This document shows positions 26,201 through 34,888 of a stretch of 64,000 nt of DNA, in pieces. The translations under genes were made by a program, and so were the position numbers. Source of the stretch: a virus. Its lineage: Duplodnaviria; Heunggongvirae; Uroviricota; Caudoviricetes. Each line of letters opens with the position of its first letter. Position 1 is the first letter of the stretch. The notes below the pieces were generated by a model. That model saw only the letters and a program-made list of their open reading frames with translations. It had not been told where the DNA came from and searched no databases. The stretch spans positions 37,871 to 101,870 of IMG/VR virus record IMGVR_UViG_3300045988_154997, one strand, 5' to 3'.

Positions 26201-27527
26201 CAGCAGCTTCCGCACGGGTCGCAGCGGATTCAGCAGCAGTTTTGCTCTGAGATGCTGCCGTCGCACTGCCTGCCGCCTCTGTTGCTTTCGTGGATGCCGT
26301 CGTGGCGCTGCCCTTCGCTGCTGACGCCTGTCTGGTCGCCTCATCTTTTGAAGCAGACGCAGATGATGCCGATGACGCCGCCGAACTGGCGGACGATGCG
26401 GCAGCCGTTTTTGAGGATTCTGCGCTGGTTTCCGACGCTTTCGCGTTCGTTTCGGATGTCTTCGCTGCGGAAGCAGACCTCGCTGCTGCGCTGGCCTGTT
26501 CAGTGGCTTCGCCAGCCTTCGTTGTGGCTGTTGAAGCAGACGATGCGGCACTTTCTGCCGATTTTCCGGCGGCGGTGGCACTGGCTGAGGCCTGCCCGGC
26601 ACTTGTTGACGCGGCACTGGCAGACGACGCAGCCGCTGTTTTTGAGCCTGCCGCAGCCGAGGCGCTCTGTCCCGCTGCCGTTTCAGAAGACCTGGCGTTC
26701 GTCTCGGACGTTTTTGCCGCCTTCGCGGAATTTCCTGCCGCCGTTGCCGAGGAAGCGGCATTACTGGCGCTCGAGGCTGCGCTCGTTTCTGATGATTTCG
26801 CTGCCTCTTTTGAGGCCGCCGCATCCCGGGCTGAGGTGGCAGCTTCTGACGCCTTCGTGGTCGCGGTGGATGCAGAAGTGGCTGCAGATTTTTGTGACGC
26901 TGCAGCATTCGTTTCAGACGTTTTCGCGGCACCGGCACTGGTGGCCGCCGCGCTTTTTGAGGACTCTGCAGCGGATGCACTTTGAGACGCTTGAGAGGCT
27001 TTTTCTCCAGCGGTATTGGCGCTTTCTGCTGCTGCGGCAGCACTGGCCGCCGCCTCACGAGCTTTGTCGCCAGCAGCATCAATCGCGTCAGTGTTATTTT
27101 TATACCACTCAACGTTTTCGTTGTGCTCGTTGACGATCTGCATTAGCGGCTTAACGGTCACTTCTGTACCGTCTTCACGCTCGATTGTCACCTCATCCAG
27201 AGCAGTCAACCAACTGCGCATGGACTTGGAATCAGCCGACATACGCGACATTAGTGCTGTAAAGCGCGCGCTAAACTGTGTTAAGTCGCCTTCATAGGTC
27301 GTAATGATTCGGCACGGAACTTCAGACTGAGTTTCGCCGGTATAAGGTTCTGAGAGAACAATGTTCGTATCACTGGTTACGCGCTTGATCTCATACAGCT
27401 TATTGTCGGGGCCAATGACGATCATCCCCGGCAACACACCATTAGCTGTTACGTTCCAGGCTGTCCCTGCCCCAACCAGAGTATTGCTGCCCTGTGTAAA
27501 TGTGATAGTACCTTCCCTGTACCACAT
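23229..27527 (-). CDS. long tail fibre protein with C-terminal intramolecular chaperone (S74-like) domain
   Basis: 1432 aa: N-terminal Ala/Ser-rich low-complexity region, four copies of a GNASTATKLQTARxIxGVxFDGSxDI fibre repeat, C-terminal RYKKDIE...GLIAEEV autoproteolytic chaperone-like domain. Confidence 0.8.
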   Translation of the reverse strand: MWYREGTITFTQGSNTLVGAGTAWNVTANGVLPGMIVIGPDNKLYEIKRVTSDTNIVLSEPYTGETQSEVPCRIITTYEGDLTQFSARFTALMSRMSADSKSMRSWLTALDEVTIEREDGTEVTVKPLMQIVNEHNENVEWYKNNTDAIDAAGDKAREAAASAAAAAESANTAGEKASQASQSASAAESSKSAAATSAGAAKTSETNAAASQKSAATSASTATTKASEAATSARDAAASKEAAKSSETSAASSASNAASSATAAGNSAKAAKTSETNARSSETAAGQSASAAAGSKTAAASSASAASTSAGQASASATAAGKSAESAASSASTATTKAGEATEQASAAARSASAAKTSETNAKASETSAESSKTAAASSASSAASSASSASASKDEATRQASAAKGSATTASTKATEAAGSATAASQSKTAAESAATRAEAAADRAEEIAGAVAMEDASLTTKGVVKLSSAVDSTSESLAATPKAVKVVNDNANSRVPSNRKINGKALTADITLTPKDIGTLNSITMSFSGGAGWFKLATVTMPQASSIVYIALIGGAGYNVGSPHQAGISELVLRAGNGNPKGITGALWKRTAVGLTNFAWINTSGDTYDIYVEIGNYATSVNIHWDCTANASVSIYTSPTYSASKPSSVTDGVVYTMYSTHQKPTPLDIGALPTTGGTVSGPLSVTGGITGTLNGNASTATKLQTARSIGGVGFDGSANINLPGVNTTGNQNTTGNAATATKLQTARKISGVPFDGSTDITLTAAHVAAFARRATGSYADADGGVPWNAESGAYNVTRTGDSYILANFYTGVGSCRTLQIKAHYKNGGLFYRSSRDGYGFESGWEQVYTTGFMPQPADINAPTAAAGWLNSGNGTAFTTAQFITWLNNQGAFTNKHWIARCSWTYANNNYIDDTGCGRIDLSGSVIEVFSNKATSHYTIRVTTTTTSGHGGVNNAEFIYVYNGSDYAPGWRRSYNTRNKPTASDVGALPLSGGTLSGGLTSSGEIVSKYANGFRIAYGNYGFFIRNDGGSTYFMLTASGDTLGSWNSLRPIIINNSSGVVSIGNGLNVTGGVNGSLNGNASTATKLQTARNINGVKFDGSGDININTLVSRGRVTALSGSTQGTAGIQMYEAYNNSYPTTYGNVLHMKGASAAGEGELLIGWSGTSGAHAPVFIRSRRDTTDAAWSAWAQVYTAKDSIPGVNTTGNQNTTGNAATATKLQTARKIAGVAFDGSADITLTAANLNAYTKTEVTNLLSSYASRSSLTGYSGNLDIIAETLVVKSGGSGGFAIWDIGTTTSGANMYIDPNPGINTVWRSTSSRRYKKDIETLQDRYADELLSLRPVWYRSICRGDRKDWGYYGLIAEEVGEIAPQYVHWREPTNNDSPGDISSNGMVAEGVMYERLVVPLIHHIQQLTKRVEELETKLNSPKE
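26130..27110. repeat. low-complexity GC-rich coding repeat (Ala/Ser/Thr-rich part of the tail fibre)
   Basis: Repetitive GCx codon runs; produces three long artefactual antisense ORFs in the six-frame track. Confidence 0.7.
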
Positions 27528-27571
27528 GTTGAATATGCTCCTTGATTTGGTGGGCTATCCTTGCCCACCAT

Positions 27572-27590
27572 TAAGTATGTACCTACTTAT
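27572..27590. promoter_or_regulatory. dispersed motif copy TAAGTATGTACCTACTTAT
   Basis: Between the J stop and the tail-fibre start; preceded by hairpin GGTGGGC-TATCCTT-GCCCACC (27549-27569). Confidence 0.35.
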
Positions 27591-27619
27591 TTTTACCGAT
27601 ATAAATATTTTTTTCTACA

Positions 27620-30600
27620 TTACAGAAGGCCAATTCTTACTCGTAGGACGTTGTTATCGTCATAAACGTCAATCCGCTGACCATTTATGACCAGTCGCCC
27701 ATTACCCCCGCTATTACCGTTGATCTCAAGCGTTCCATTTTTGCCGAACCGCCATCCAGATCTACCGCTAACAAAATTGGTAGATTGCAGATCGCCTACT
27801 TTTGCATTGGTGATTGTGCCATCCTTGATATACGCACCATTCATATAGGCGATACTGTTTTCGATAACAAATGGCGTGGTGATCTTCCCGTTAACAGAGT
27901 TGACCAAACCAAACCTGTCAGCCTGCACCAAAAACTGAGAAAGGCCAGTGGTGTCGATACCAAGCGCAATACCAGCAACATACTTCTGCCCTCCGCTCGT
28001 TGAAGTTTCCATTTTCAACGTCCACGCGGTTGACACTTTTTTGTTGGTATCAGCAATAGCTGTTGCCTGCTGTTGAATTGTCGCGGTATTTCCATCCACC
28101 TCTGCTTTCAGAGTATCGATTCGCCCACTCAGAGCATTATCTGCCTGCGTTCTCGCTGTCGTTTCAGTTGTTACCGCCGCGGAAATGTTGGCTGCCGTTT
28201 GAGACTCTAAGTTTGTGATTTGAGTCGCCAATGCAGCATCTTGCTCTGTACGCGTTTTCGTTTCGGTTGCTACAGCCGCTTTAATATCCTCTTTGTATTG
28301 AGAGGTCAGCTTGGTGATCTGAGACGACAACGCCGAGTCAGCATCAGTTCGAGCCTGCGTTTCAACTGCAACGGCCGCACTAATATCTTTCGCTGTCTGT
28401 GCTTTTAAACTTGAAACCTCTTTTGTTAAAGCGGTATCACCATCAGCACGAGCCGTTGTTTCTCTGGCAAGAGATGCCTCGAGATCATTAGCTTTTGCTG
28501 TAAGAGACGAAATCTGAGTGGACAATGCACTATCGGCATCAGTCCTTGCCTTTGTCTCTACAGCAACCGCTGCGGCAATATCAGTTCCGGTTTGTGCTCG
28601 CAGGCTGTTAATTTCTCGTGAGAGCGCCTGGTCAGCACTTGCTCTGGCCTCCTGCTCCTGAGTGATGGCAGCGGATATATCACCGTCAACCTTTGACTGA
28701 AGCTGGTTTATTTGTTTGGCTAACGCAGAGTCCCCGCTTGCTCGGGCCTCCTGCTCACTACGTATTGCAGCAGAAATATCATCATCAACCTTTGCCTGAA
28801 GTTGGGTGATCTGGCTTGCCAGAGCCGAATCTTCCGTTGCTCGGGCTTCTTGCTCTTCCTTAATAGCTGCGACGATATCGTTGCTTACTTTCGACTCAAG
28901 CTGAGTGATCTGTGTCGTCAGAGCTTCATCGGCAGATGTGCGAGCCTCCTGCTCTGTACTAATCGCCGCGCTGATATCTCCTTCAAACTTAGATTGCAGC
29001 TGAGTGACACGCTTTGCCAACGCTTCATCGCCATCGGCACGAGCGGTGGACTCTTCCAGAATACTGGCCTTAATGTCTTCGCCAATTTCTACGCGAATTT
29101 CCTCAACCTTCGTGGCCATTGCAGACATATCATCAGCAAAGGTTTTCTGTGTTGTTGCGATCTTCGCGTTATTGACCATCTGCTTGTGCTGGTCTTCATC
29201 TTGACGAAGAGCCAGGTCAATATTTGTTTTGGCTAACGCCTCAATGTTCGTAGTCAGTTCTGCACTGGCACGATCGACCTCTGCAACCGTCTTTTTCATT
29301 TCTTCAACGGCAGCGGAGCTTTCCTCTACCGTTGACTGCAACACTTCCAGTTGTTTAGCGTTTGCAGCATCGCCTTCAACACGAGCCTCGCTTTCCTTAG
29401 CAATAAGAGCCGCCGCTTCATCTCTTGCAGCCTTTATTGCCTCGACTGTATTAGCGAGAGCTTTATCGTGTTCAGATACGGTGTTTTCGATTTCAACAAT
29501 TGCAGCATCAGTAGCATCAATTTTTTCAAACGCTTCATTGACCTTGTCGATCGTTGCCGAAACCTCACCTTTAAGCTCGGTTTGTGCGTTCTCCAAAGCA
29601 TCGCTACGCTCGTTGAATTTTATTTCAAAACCCGCGAGGTTATCGCTGAACTGCTTATCTAATTCAGCTATATCTTCCTTAACGTCGTTTACCGACCCCT
29701 CCAAAGATTCGACGCTCTGGTTGATATGCTCATTTAACTCGTCAACTGCTTCTTGAGAGGCTTTGCTGTTGATGTCCTCAAGCAGAGCCTGACCAAGCTC
29801 GGAAGATGTAATTTTGCCAGCCAGGAACGACAGTACATCGCGAGTTGTCGCCTCTGTACCCAAGTTTGAGTTCGGAGGGCTTAACATACCTCGCTTGTTC
29901 GATGCTCGAACCCAGTAATACCACGTTTCGCTATCCCCAAGACCAGCATGTGTAAAGGTGGTGCTTGCAGACTCTGCGATCAGTTTCGCCGTATCCAGAT
30001 TGTTGGTCTGGGATGCGTAAACATTAATGTGATCAAGGTCTACCGAATCTGGATTAACCCAATTCAGTATCACATTACGATAGTCTCCAACGGCCGTTAA
30101 TGACGTTGGTGCATCCGGCGGTGTCATTGTGCCCAGCACCTGATAAACGGTACTGATAATTTCTGTTTTTTTACCGTTGAATGAAACCGCATACAGTTGG
30201 AAGTCGTAGCGTCCATTCTCCGCGACATTAACGATTTCGTATTGCTCTTCGGTTACACGCGCCGATTGCCAGTTCGATACATTGTTTTCATCAGAACGTC
30301 GCCAACTGATCCAATACTCTGGAGATTTCCCTTCCCATGTTGCAGTCAGTTTTACTGACAGGTTGCCCGGGCTTGAGAGGTAAGTCCCTTCAGTGATTTG
30401 CAAATTAGACGGCTTGGAGTAAGTCGGGTCCAATACCGTCGTATTCTGCGGGATAAGCGTTGCACCATTGTCGATCGCCTCATATTTAGACGGATTGTTT
30501 TCAACAGCGGTGATGTCAAAGCTACCCGACGTTTCCCCCTGAGCGATGTTAACGATGCGAACGCGCATAGGTTCGAGATCTGGTTCTGTAATTGTCCAGA

Positions 30601-32350
30601 CACCGTTCAAAACAGGCGTTTCCGCTGACGACAGAGCTTTTGAAAACGTAACCTTTGTTATGTTTTCGCCAGTTTCAAGAACATCGCGCTCAACGATTTT
30701 GCCTTCCTGATTCAATATCCGAATAAAGCTGCCGCTTTTAGCTAACGACACAGGCGCATCGAGAGTGATGCTGTTTTTGGTAAACTCCACAATTCGACCG
30801 GAGTTACGTTTACCTGCACGATATTTGTTCTGAATCAGAACGGTTTCACCGGGCATCAGAAATGAGGCGTCTAAGCCGGCAGTAAATGTAATTACATCCG
30901 ACTCCATTCTGGCGGTATACAAAAGCCACAAACCAACTCGGTGAGCCTGGCCTCGGCTTGTACATCCAAATGCTACGACTTCTGTTTTACGCTCACCATA
31001 ACGGCGCATTGCGTCCTGATCTTCAACGTACTCGATATTTTGCTTATAACCGTCCTCCTTGTTGTTGTAGGTTACGAGCGCAACGGATGGGCGATCTTTA
31101 CGCGCAGAACCTTTATAGGTAAACAGTCCATCTTTGACGTTGGAGTTGGTAAACATCATTACCGGATCTGATGGGCTATCCTGCATGATGTTAACCATGC
31201 CACCAGCCCAAAACACCATGCCGCGGAATGCACCGGCAATATCCTGAATTAATCGGTATGCGTCTTGTCGACTGGTGATCTGCGTATTGATTGCAAAGCG
31301 TTTCTCTTTACCCCCAAAGCCATCATCGACCTCTTCGTCACAATATCGACCAATCTGGTAGAGCTGGCCGAGGTCAATCATGGATTCCGACACAAATTGC
31401 CCAAGACCATACCGAGTATTGGTAAGCAAATCGTAGAGAATCCACGCAGGGTTTGAAGAAGACAACAGCTTAAAAGTACCGTCCCATACGCCGACATAAG
31501 TATTGGTGTATTCGTTGTAGTTTGACGGTACTCGGATTTTGATACCGCGCACCAAATACGAACGGGAAGGCATTGTGCTACCAAACTGCTCTGAATTGAC
31601 CTTCAAGCCAACAAGAGCAGAGTTAGGGTAGTTCATTGGCGTGTCGACAATCTCACCGATGGAATCAACCCATGTGTCGTTGTAGAGGTACTGGCTACTG
31701 TTATCATCTGTAAGACGAATCACCCTAACCTTGTATGCACGACCAGGCTTAGGTAGTTTCAGCTCATAGCTACGGTAATACACGCCTGTTTTCTTTGCCG
31801 TTAGCGTGATATCAACGCTTTTCTCACCTTCTGCCACCACATCAGAAAATGTTGCGTCTCCGTTGGCGATCTGGAATTTGTACTTCACCGTAGTGCCATT
31901 TGTATCGCCAGAGCTTTTATCAACGCTACGTAAAGAGGGGAATTTCATGATGACACGAACGCGATCAGCTTCATCGTTATCGATTGAAACCGTAACGTCG
32001 TGTGTTTTTTTAAGCTGAATATTTACGGACTTAGGCGTTTCAACAAAATCAAAACCAGCCATTGGCGTCTGGTCTTGTGAGCCGTCACGAAAATCCCATG
32101 TAATACCGCTGAAGTTGGAAGAGCCATCTTCATTCAAGATCGGTAAATCGTCGATGAAGATCGACTTTGCGCCATTTACCAGGCCACCGATAACCCCCTC
32201 GCCAAGAAGGTCGAGGATGGCTGCCATAGCACGAGAATTGACAGTATCATCAGCTTCAACCGGGGTACGGCTGGAGCTTTTACTTTTCTTGCCACCAGCA
32301 CCGGCAATAAGAAGCGGTAATTTTTTCTTCTTGAACTGTTCCATGTCCAA
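27620..32350 (-). CDS. J: central tail fibre / tip attachment protein J with inserted tandem-repeat region
   Basis: N-terminal half aligns by eye to lambda gpJ (YPNSALVGLKVNSEQFGS, AFGCTSRGQAHRVGLWLL, KYVAGIALGIDTTGLSQFLV); contains ~10 tandem ~33-aa repeats. Confidence 0.85.
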   Translation of the reverse strand: MDMEQFKKKKLPLLIAGAGGKKSKSSSRTPVEADDTVNSRAMAAILDLLGEGVIGGLVNGAKSIFIDDLPILNEDGSSNFSGITWDFRDGSQDQTPMAGFDFVETPKSVNIQLKKTHDVTVSIDNDEADRVRVIMKFPSLRSVDKSSGDTNGTTVKYKFQIANGDATFSDVVAEGEKSVDITLTAKKTGVYYRSYELKLPKPGRAYKVRVIRLTDDNSSQYLYNDTWVDSIGEIVDTPMNYPNSALVGLKVNSEQFGSTMPSRSYLVRGIKIRVPSNYNEYTNTYVGVWDGTFKLLSSSNPAWILYDLLTNTRYGLGQFVSESMIDLGQLYQIGRYCDEEVDDGFGGKEKRFAINTQITSRQDAYRLIQDIAGAFRGMVFWAGGMVNIMQDSPSDPVMMFTNSNVKDGLFTYKGSARKDRPSVALVTYNNKEDGYKQNIEYVEDQDAMRRYGERKTEVVAFGCTSRGQAHRVGLWLLYTARMESDVITFTAGLDASFLMPGETVLIQNKYRAGKRNSGRIVEFTKNSITLDAPVSLAKSGSFIRILNQEGKIVERDVLETGENITKVTFSKALSSAETPVLNGVWTITEPDLEPMRVRIVNIAQGETSGSFDITAVENNPSKYEAIDNGATLIPQNTTVLDPTYSKPSNLQITEGTYLSSPGNLSVKLTATWEGKSPEYWISWRRSDENNVSNWQSARVTEEQYEIVNVAENGRYDFQLYAVSFNGKKTEIISTVYQVLGTMTPPDAPTSLTAVGDYRNVILNWVNPDSVDLDHINVYASQTNNLDTAKLIAESASTTFTHAGLGDSETWYYWVRASNKRGMLSPPNSNLGTEATTRDVLSFLAGKITSSELGQALLEDINSKASQEAVDELNEHINQSVESLEGSVNDVKEDIAELDKQFSDNLAGFEIKFNERSDALENAQTELKGEVSATIDKVNEAFEKIDATDAAIVEIENTVSEHDKALANTVEAIKAARDEAAALIAKESEARVEGDAANAKQLEVLQSTVEESSAAVEEMKKTVAEVDRASAELTTNIEALAKTNIDLALRQDEDQHKQMVNNAKIATTQKTFADDMSAMATKVEEIRVEIGEDIKASILEESTARADGDEALAKRVTQLQSKFEGDISAAISTEQEARTSADEALTTQITQLESKVSNDIVAAIKEEQEARATEDSALASQITQLQAKVDDDISAAIRSEQEARASGDSALAKQINQLQSKVDGDISAAITQEQEARASADQALSREINSLRAQTGTDIAAAVAVETKARTDADSALSTQISSLTAKANDLEASLARETTARADGDTALTKEVSSLKAQTAKDISAAVAVETQARTDADSALSSQITKLTSQYKEDIKAAVATETKTRTEQDAALATQITNLESQTAANISAAVTTETTARTQADNALSGRIDTLKAEVDGNTATIQQQATAIADTNKKVSTAWTLKMETSTSGGQKYVAGIALGIDTTGLSQFLVQADRFGLVNSVNGKITTPFVIENSIAYMNGAYIKDGTITNAKVGDLQSTNFVSGRSGWRFGKNGTLEINGNSGGNGRLVINGQRIDVYDDNNVLRVRIGLL
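28060..29010. repeat. tandem ~99-bp repeats inside the J gene (encode the 33-aa DISAAIxxEQEARxxAD repeats)
   Basis: Near-identical segments recur with 99-bp spacing (e.g. GCTCGGGCCTCCTGCTC at ~28737 and ~28836). Confidence 0.7.
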
Positions 32351-32361
32351 AAAATCCTTGA

Positions 32362-32952
32362 TTACATAAGCTGGTCGATGGTGATAGAAGAACTCACGAC
32401 CTGTGAGCCAACTAAAATTTCCTCGCCATAGATAAGCTGTACAGGGTTCCCCTGGTTTGTTGTGTTTTGAGGTCCATCAAAGTAATAAGAGTTCGAGTTA
32501 TCCGCCTGCCTCACACTTTCGTTAGTGGCTTGCGGAGATATGATTTGCGCTATACCGCCCATCATCAGTGACAAACCGAGAGGCGCAAGAGCGGGCACCC
32601 ATATCGAGGCAACCATTAATACTGCTCCAACAACCGTCTGAAACCATCCAAAAGCAGATCCACCACTTCCTCGCGGAACAGGGGTAATGCGGATTTTTGC
32701 AATATTGTCAGACTGCCCCATCATCTGATATTCACTCTCGTCCACAGACCACTTGTGGCCCTGTTTATTGGTGATCTGGATGTGGTATCTGTCATAGGTT
32801 TTGATATTGCGCTTCATCCATGCTTTAAACCCAGGCTTGTTGGCCTCAATTAAATCCAGAGCCTGTTTTGTATTACGCACCTTTAGATGCCAGTGGCGGC
32901 CAAAATGTTTGGCCATAGGGCCTCCAAGCTGCACATGAACTAACTCAGACAC
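32362..32952 (-). CDS. I: tail assembly protein I
   Basis: C-terminal GPQNTTNQGNPVQLIYGEEILVGS matches lambda gpI GPVNTVAQGNPVPLLYGEMIVGS; position between K and J. Confidence 0.7.
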   Translation of the reverse strand: MSELVHVQLGGPMAKHFGRHWHLKVRNTKQALDLIEANKPGFKAWMKRNIKTYDRYHIQITNKQGHKWSVDESEYQMMGQSDNIAKIRITPVPRGSGGSAFGWFQTVVGAVLMVASIWVPALAPLGLSLMMGGIAQIISPQATNESVRQADNSNSYYFDGPQNTTNQGNPVQLIYGEEILVGSQVVSSSITIDQLM

Positions 32953-33764
32953 GTCTCATCTCCCTTGAGCAAGTCTCTGTGACGCAAGTGATGCGTCGTA
33001 TGTTTCTGATACATTCCGCCGTAATAAGCACGACAACTTAGGCGGTCGATCTGGTGATGAAGAATCATTCCATCGCCGATATAAACCGCGCAGTGGTCAG
33101 GCATTTTCCCGTATTGGATAAAGAATACGTCCCCACGTTGAGGCTCTGTTCCGGGCGCAAGACGCACCAATCCCTCGTTACGGTAGTTCTGATCGAGAAT
33201 GTCGTTATCGCCGGTGTACCACGATGGAATATGCAGGTGTGCGTTCGGGTTTAGTTCGACGTTAAACTCACGCTTCAAATAGTCCCGACACAACATCCAG
33301 CAATCAAATACGCCAAATACATACGGTCTGCCCAGGTATGGCATTTCGAAACCATCAGGTGTGATCACATTCATCTCGCTAAAATGGAAAGGGGCATCTC
33401 CCTCAACATTCTTGCGAATAGCCAGAATCATCCACGGAACTTCCGTCGTTTCGCAGCCTGCACGATCGGCATAAGATGCTTCTGCTGATTCATCAGTATG
33501 TGAATGCCAGATTGCGATAACATCACCCGCATCCTCTGCCGCCATAATGTCGTCAACGTGCATTACAAAAGTGTTCTGCGGGTTCTCCGAAACATTCCGC
33601 GCTTCCATAAAGCGATATTTGTCGCCATTAGTTCTAACCAGAAAGCCACACGCTTCATTAGGGTAGCGATTTATGGCGCAGAGATAGATTTGCTGCATAA
33701 CGTCAGAGCCAAGCTCAGGGATTGCTTTATTACCCATACCGCGTAGCTCCAATAAATCCGCCAA
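32940..33764 (-). CDS. K: tail assembly protein K (JAB/MPN + NlpC/P60 domains)
   Basis: ACGFLV and HSHTDES (JAB-like), GDVFF...HCAVYIGDGMILHH (NlpC/P60-like); lambda K position. Confidence 0.75.
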   Translation of the reverse strand: MADLLELRGMGNKAIPELGSDVMQQIYLCAINRYPNEACGFLVRTNGDKYRFMEARNVSENPQNTFVMHVDDIMAAEDAGDVIAIWHSHTDESAEASYADRAGCETTEVPWMILAIRKNVEGDAPFHFSEMNVITPDGFEMPYLGRPYVFGVFDCWMLCRDYLKREFNVELNPNAHLHIPSWYTGDNDILDQNYRNEGLVRLAPGTEPQRGDVFFIQYGKMPDHCAVYIGDGMILHHQIDRLSCRAYYGGMYQKHTTHHLRHRDLLKGDETCLS

Positions 33765-34428
33765 AATGGATCACACCGTCGGCAAAATAATTCCGACGCG
33801 CATTACAGGCGTCATAACGTTTTGTGCAGTAATCCGCACCAGACATAGACGTCTGCTGGTTATTTTTGTCGAAATATGGACCGGTATAGCCGCATTCTGG
33901 CCCTCGGTATTTCCACGGGCAGGTGTTTTTAATGATCTGACGATACGGCAGTTGCACCCCCATCAAATCGAACACACTGGACAATTCAAACTCGACAACC
34001 TGATGAGTTTCGAGAGTTTTCTGTTCGATAAACCACATTTCATCCGGGAAATGTTGGTTTGGATCTGCTGTTGGGTTGCCGTCTTTAAAATTAACGGCAT
34101 CGAGGAAGCGAGCCAGCGTCATCTTGCGAATAATGCGGCAGCCAACAAGATCGTCGTTCGCCTGAACTTCCGCAGAGACGGTTCCGGCAAAGTTCGATAC
34201 CTGAATTTTTGGACGAGGCAACGTTCCCTGGCCCGTTTTGTCAAAGCCTGATGCTTTTATTGGCCACGGCTCGTATGTCACTCCTTGCCAGACGACCGGT
34301 TGCATCAGTTCGTTTGTTCCGGCGTGGAAGAATAGCTTCCCCCCTGAAGTTGTGTTCGACATATCCAGTACGAACAACTCAATGAGTGCAGAGGGAGATA
34401 AGCTCTGAATATCAGCTTTAATTCCCAT
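33730..34428 (-). CDS. L: minor tail protein L
   Basis: ARFLDAVNF and NTCPWKYRGPECGYTGP match lambda gpL; start moved to MGIKAD (34428) with AAGGA upstream, giving 232 aa. Confidence 0.85.
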   Translation of the reverse strand: MGIKADIQSLSPSALIELFVLDMSNTTSGGKLFFHAGTNELMQPVVWQGVTYEPWPIKASGFDKTGQGTLPRPKIQVSNFAGTVSAEVQANDDLVGCRIIRKMTLARFLDAVNFKDGNPTADPNQHFPDEMWFIEQKTLETHQVVEFELSSVFDLMGVQLPYRQIIKNTCPWKYRGPECGYTGPYFDKNNQQTSMSGADYCTKRYDACNARRNYFADGVIHFGGFIGATRYG

Positions 34429-34477
34429 TGTTTCATCCTTGAAATAAGTAGGCGCTAACATCCTGTCAGCGCCACAA

Positions 34478-34500
34478 TGATAGTAAATTAGTACTTACTT
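34478..34500. promoter_or_regulatory. dispersed motif copy (TGATAG...TACTTACTT) with adjacent hairpin
   Basis: In the M-L intergenic region; hairpin GGCGCT-N11-AGCGCC at 34451-34473. Confidence 0.3.
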
Positions 34501-34510
34501 ATCCAGATAC

Positions 34511-34846
34511 TTAAGCCTCAAATACTTGTCTGAATGTAGCAGTTAAGACACAGTACCCCTGATATCGCTTGACCGTATGACTGTCACATACAACTACAAT
34601 CTGCTTGCCTCTTGGATTAACCCAATAGAACGATTCAACGCCTGATCGCTCAGTCAGGAAGTCATCGATTGCATTAATTTCGTTGTATGATCTGGTAAAG
34701 GTTAACGACCATTCTTCTTTAATACGATTAAGACCTTGAGCCTGTCGCTGCTCGTAGTCATCACCAAAATTAAGTACCGTTACATTCGGTTTTACGCTTT
34801 TTTCAGATTCGTAATCTGGATACCAATTAAACGTTTGTCTTTCCAT
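34511..34846 (-). CDS. M: minor tail protein M
   Basis: 111 aa; FGDDYEQRQAQGLN...SFYWVNP resembles lambda gpM (FGDGYSQRAPAGLN...SFLWTPP); located between H and L. Confidence 0.8.
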   Translation of the reverse strand: MERQTFNWYPDYESEKSVKPNVTVLNFGDDYEQRQAQGLNRIKEEWSLTFTRSYNEINAIDDFLTERSGVESFYWVNPRGKQIVVVCDSHTVKRYQGYCVLTATFRQVFEA

Positions 34847-34888
34847 CTCACATCCTTGTGAGACTGCCCCGGTCGGGGCAGTCGATAG

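Noticed and set aside
26129-27133. Three long antisense or alternative-frame ORFs (26129..27112, 26153..27133, 26290..26985) with Ala-, Arg/Pro/Gln- or Leu-rich translations
   Set aside because: They overlap the Ala/Ser-rich low-complexity region of the tail fibre gene and arise from its repetitive GC-rich codons; the compositions are not protein-like.
27785-31584. Short ORFs inside and antisense to the J gene
   Set aside because: Same reasoning: embedded in a confidently assigned 1576-aa gene.
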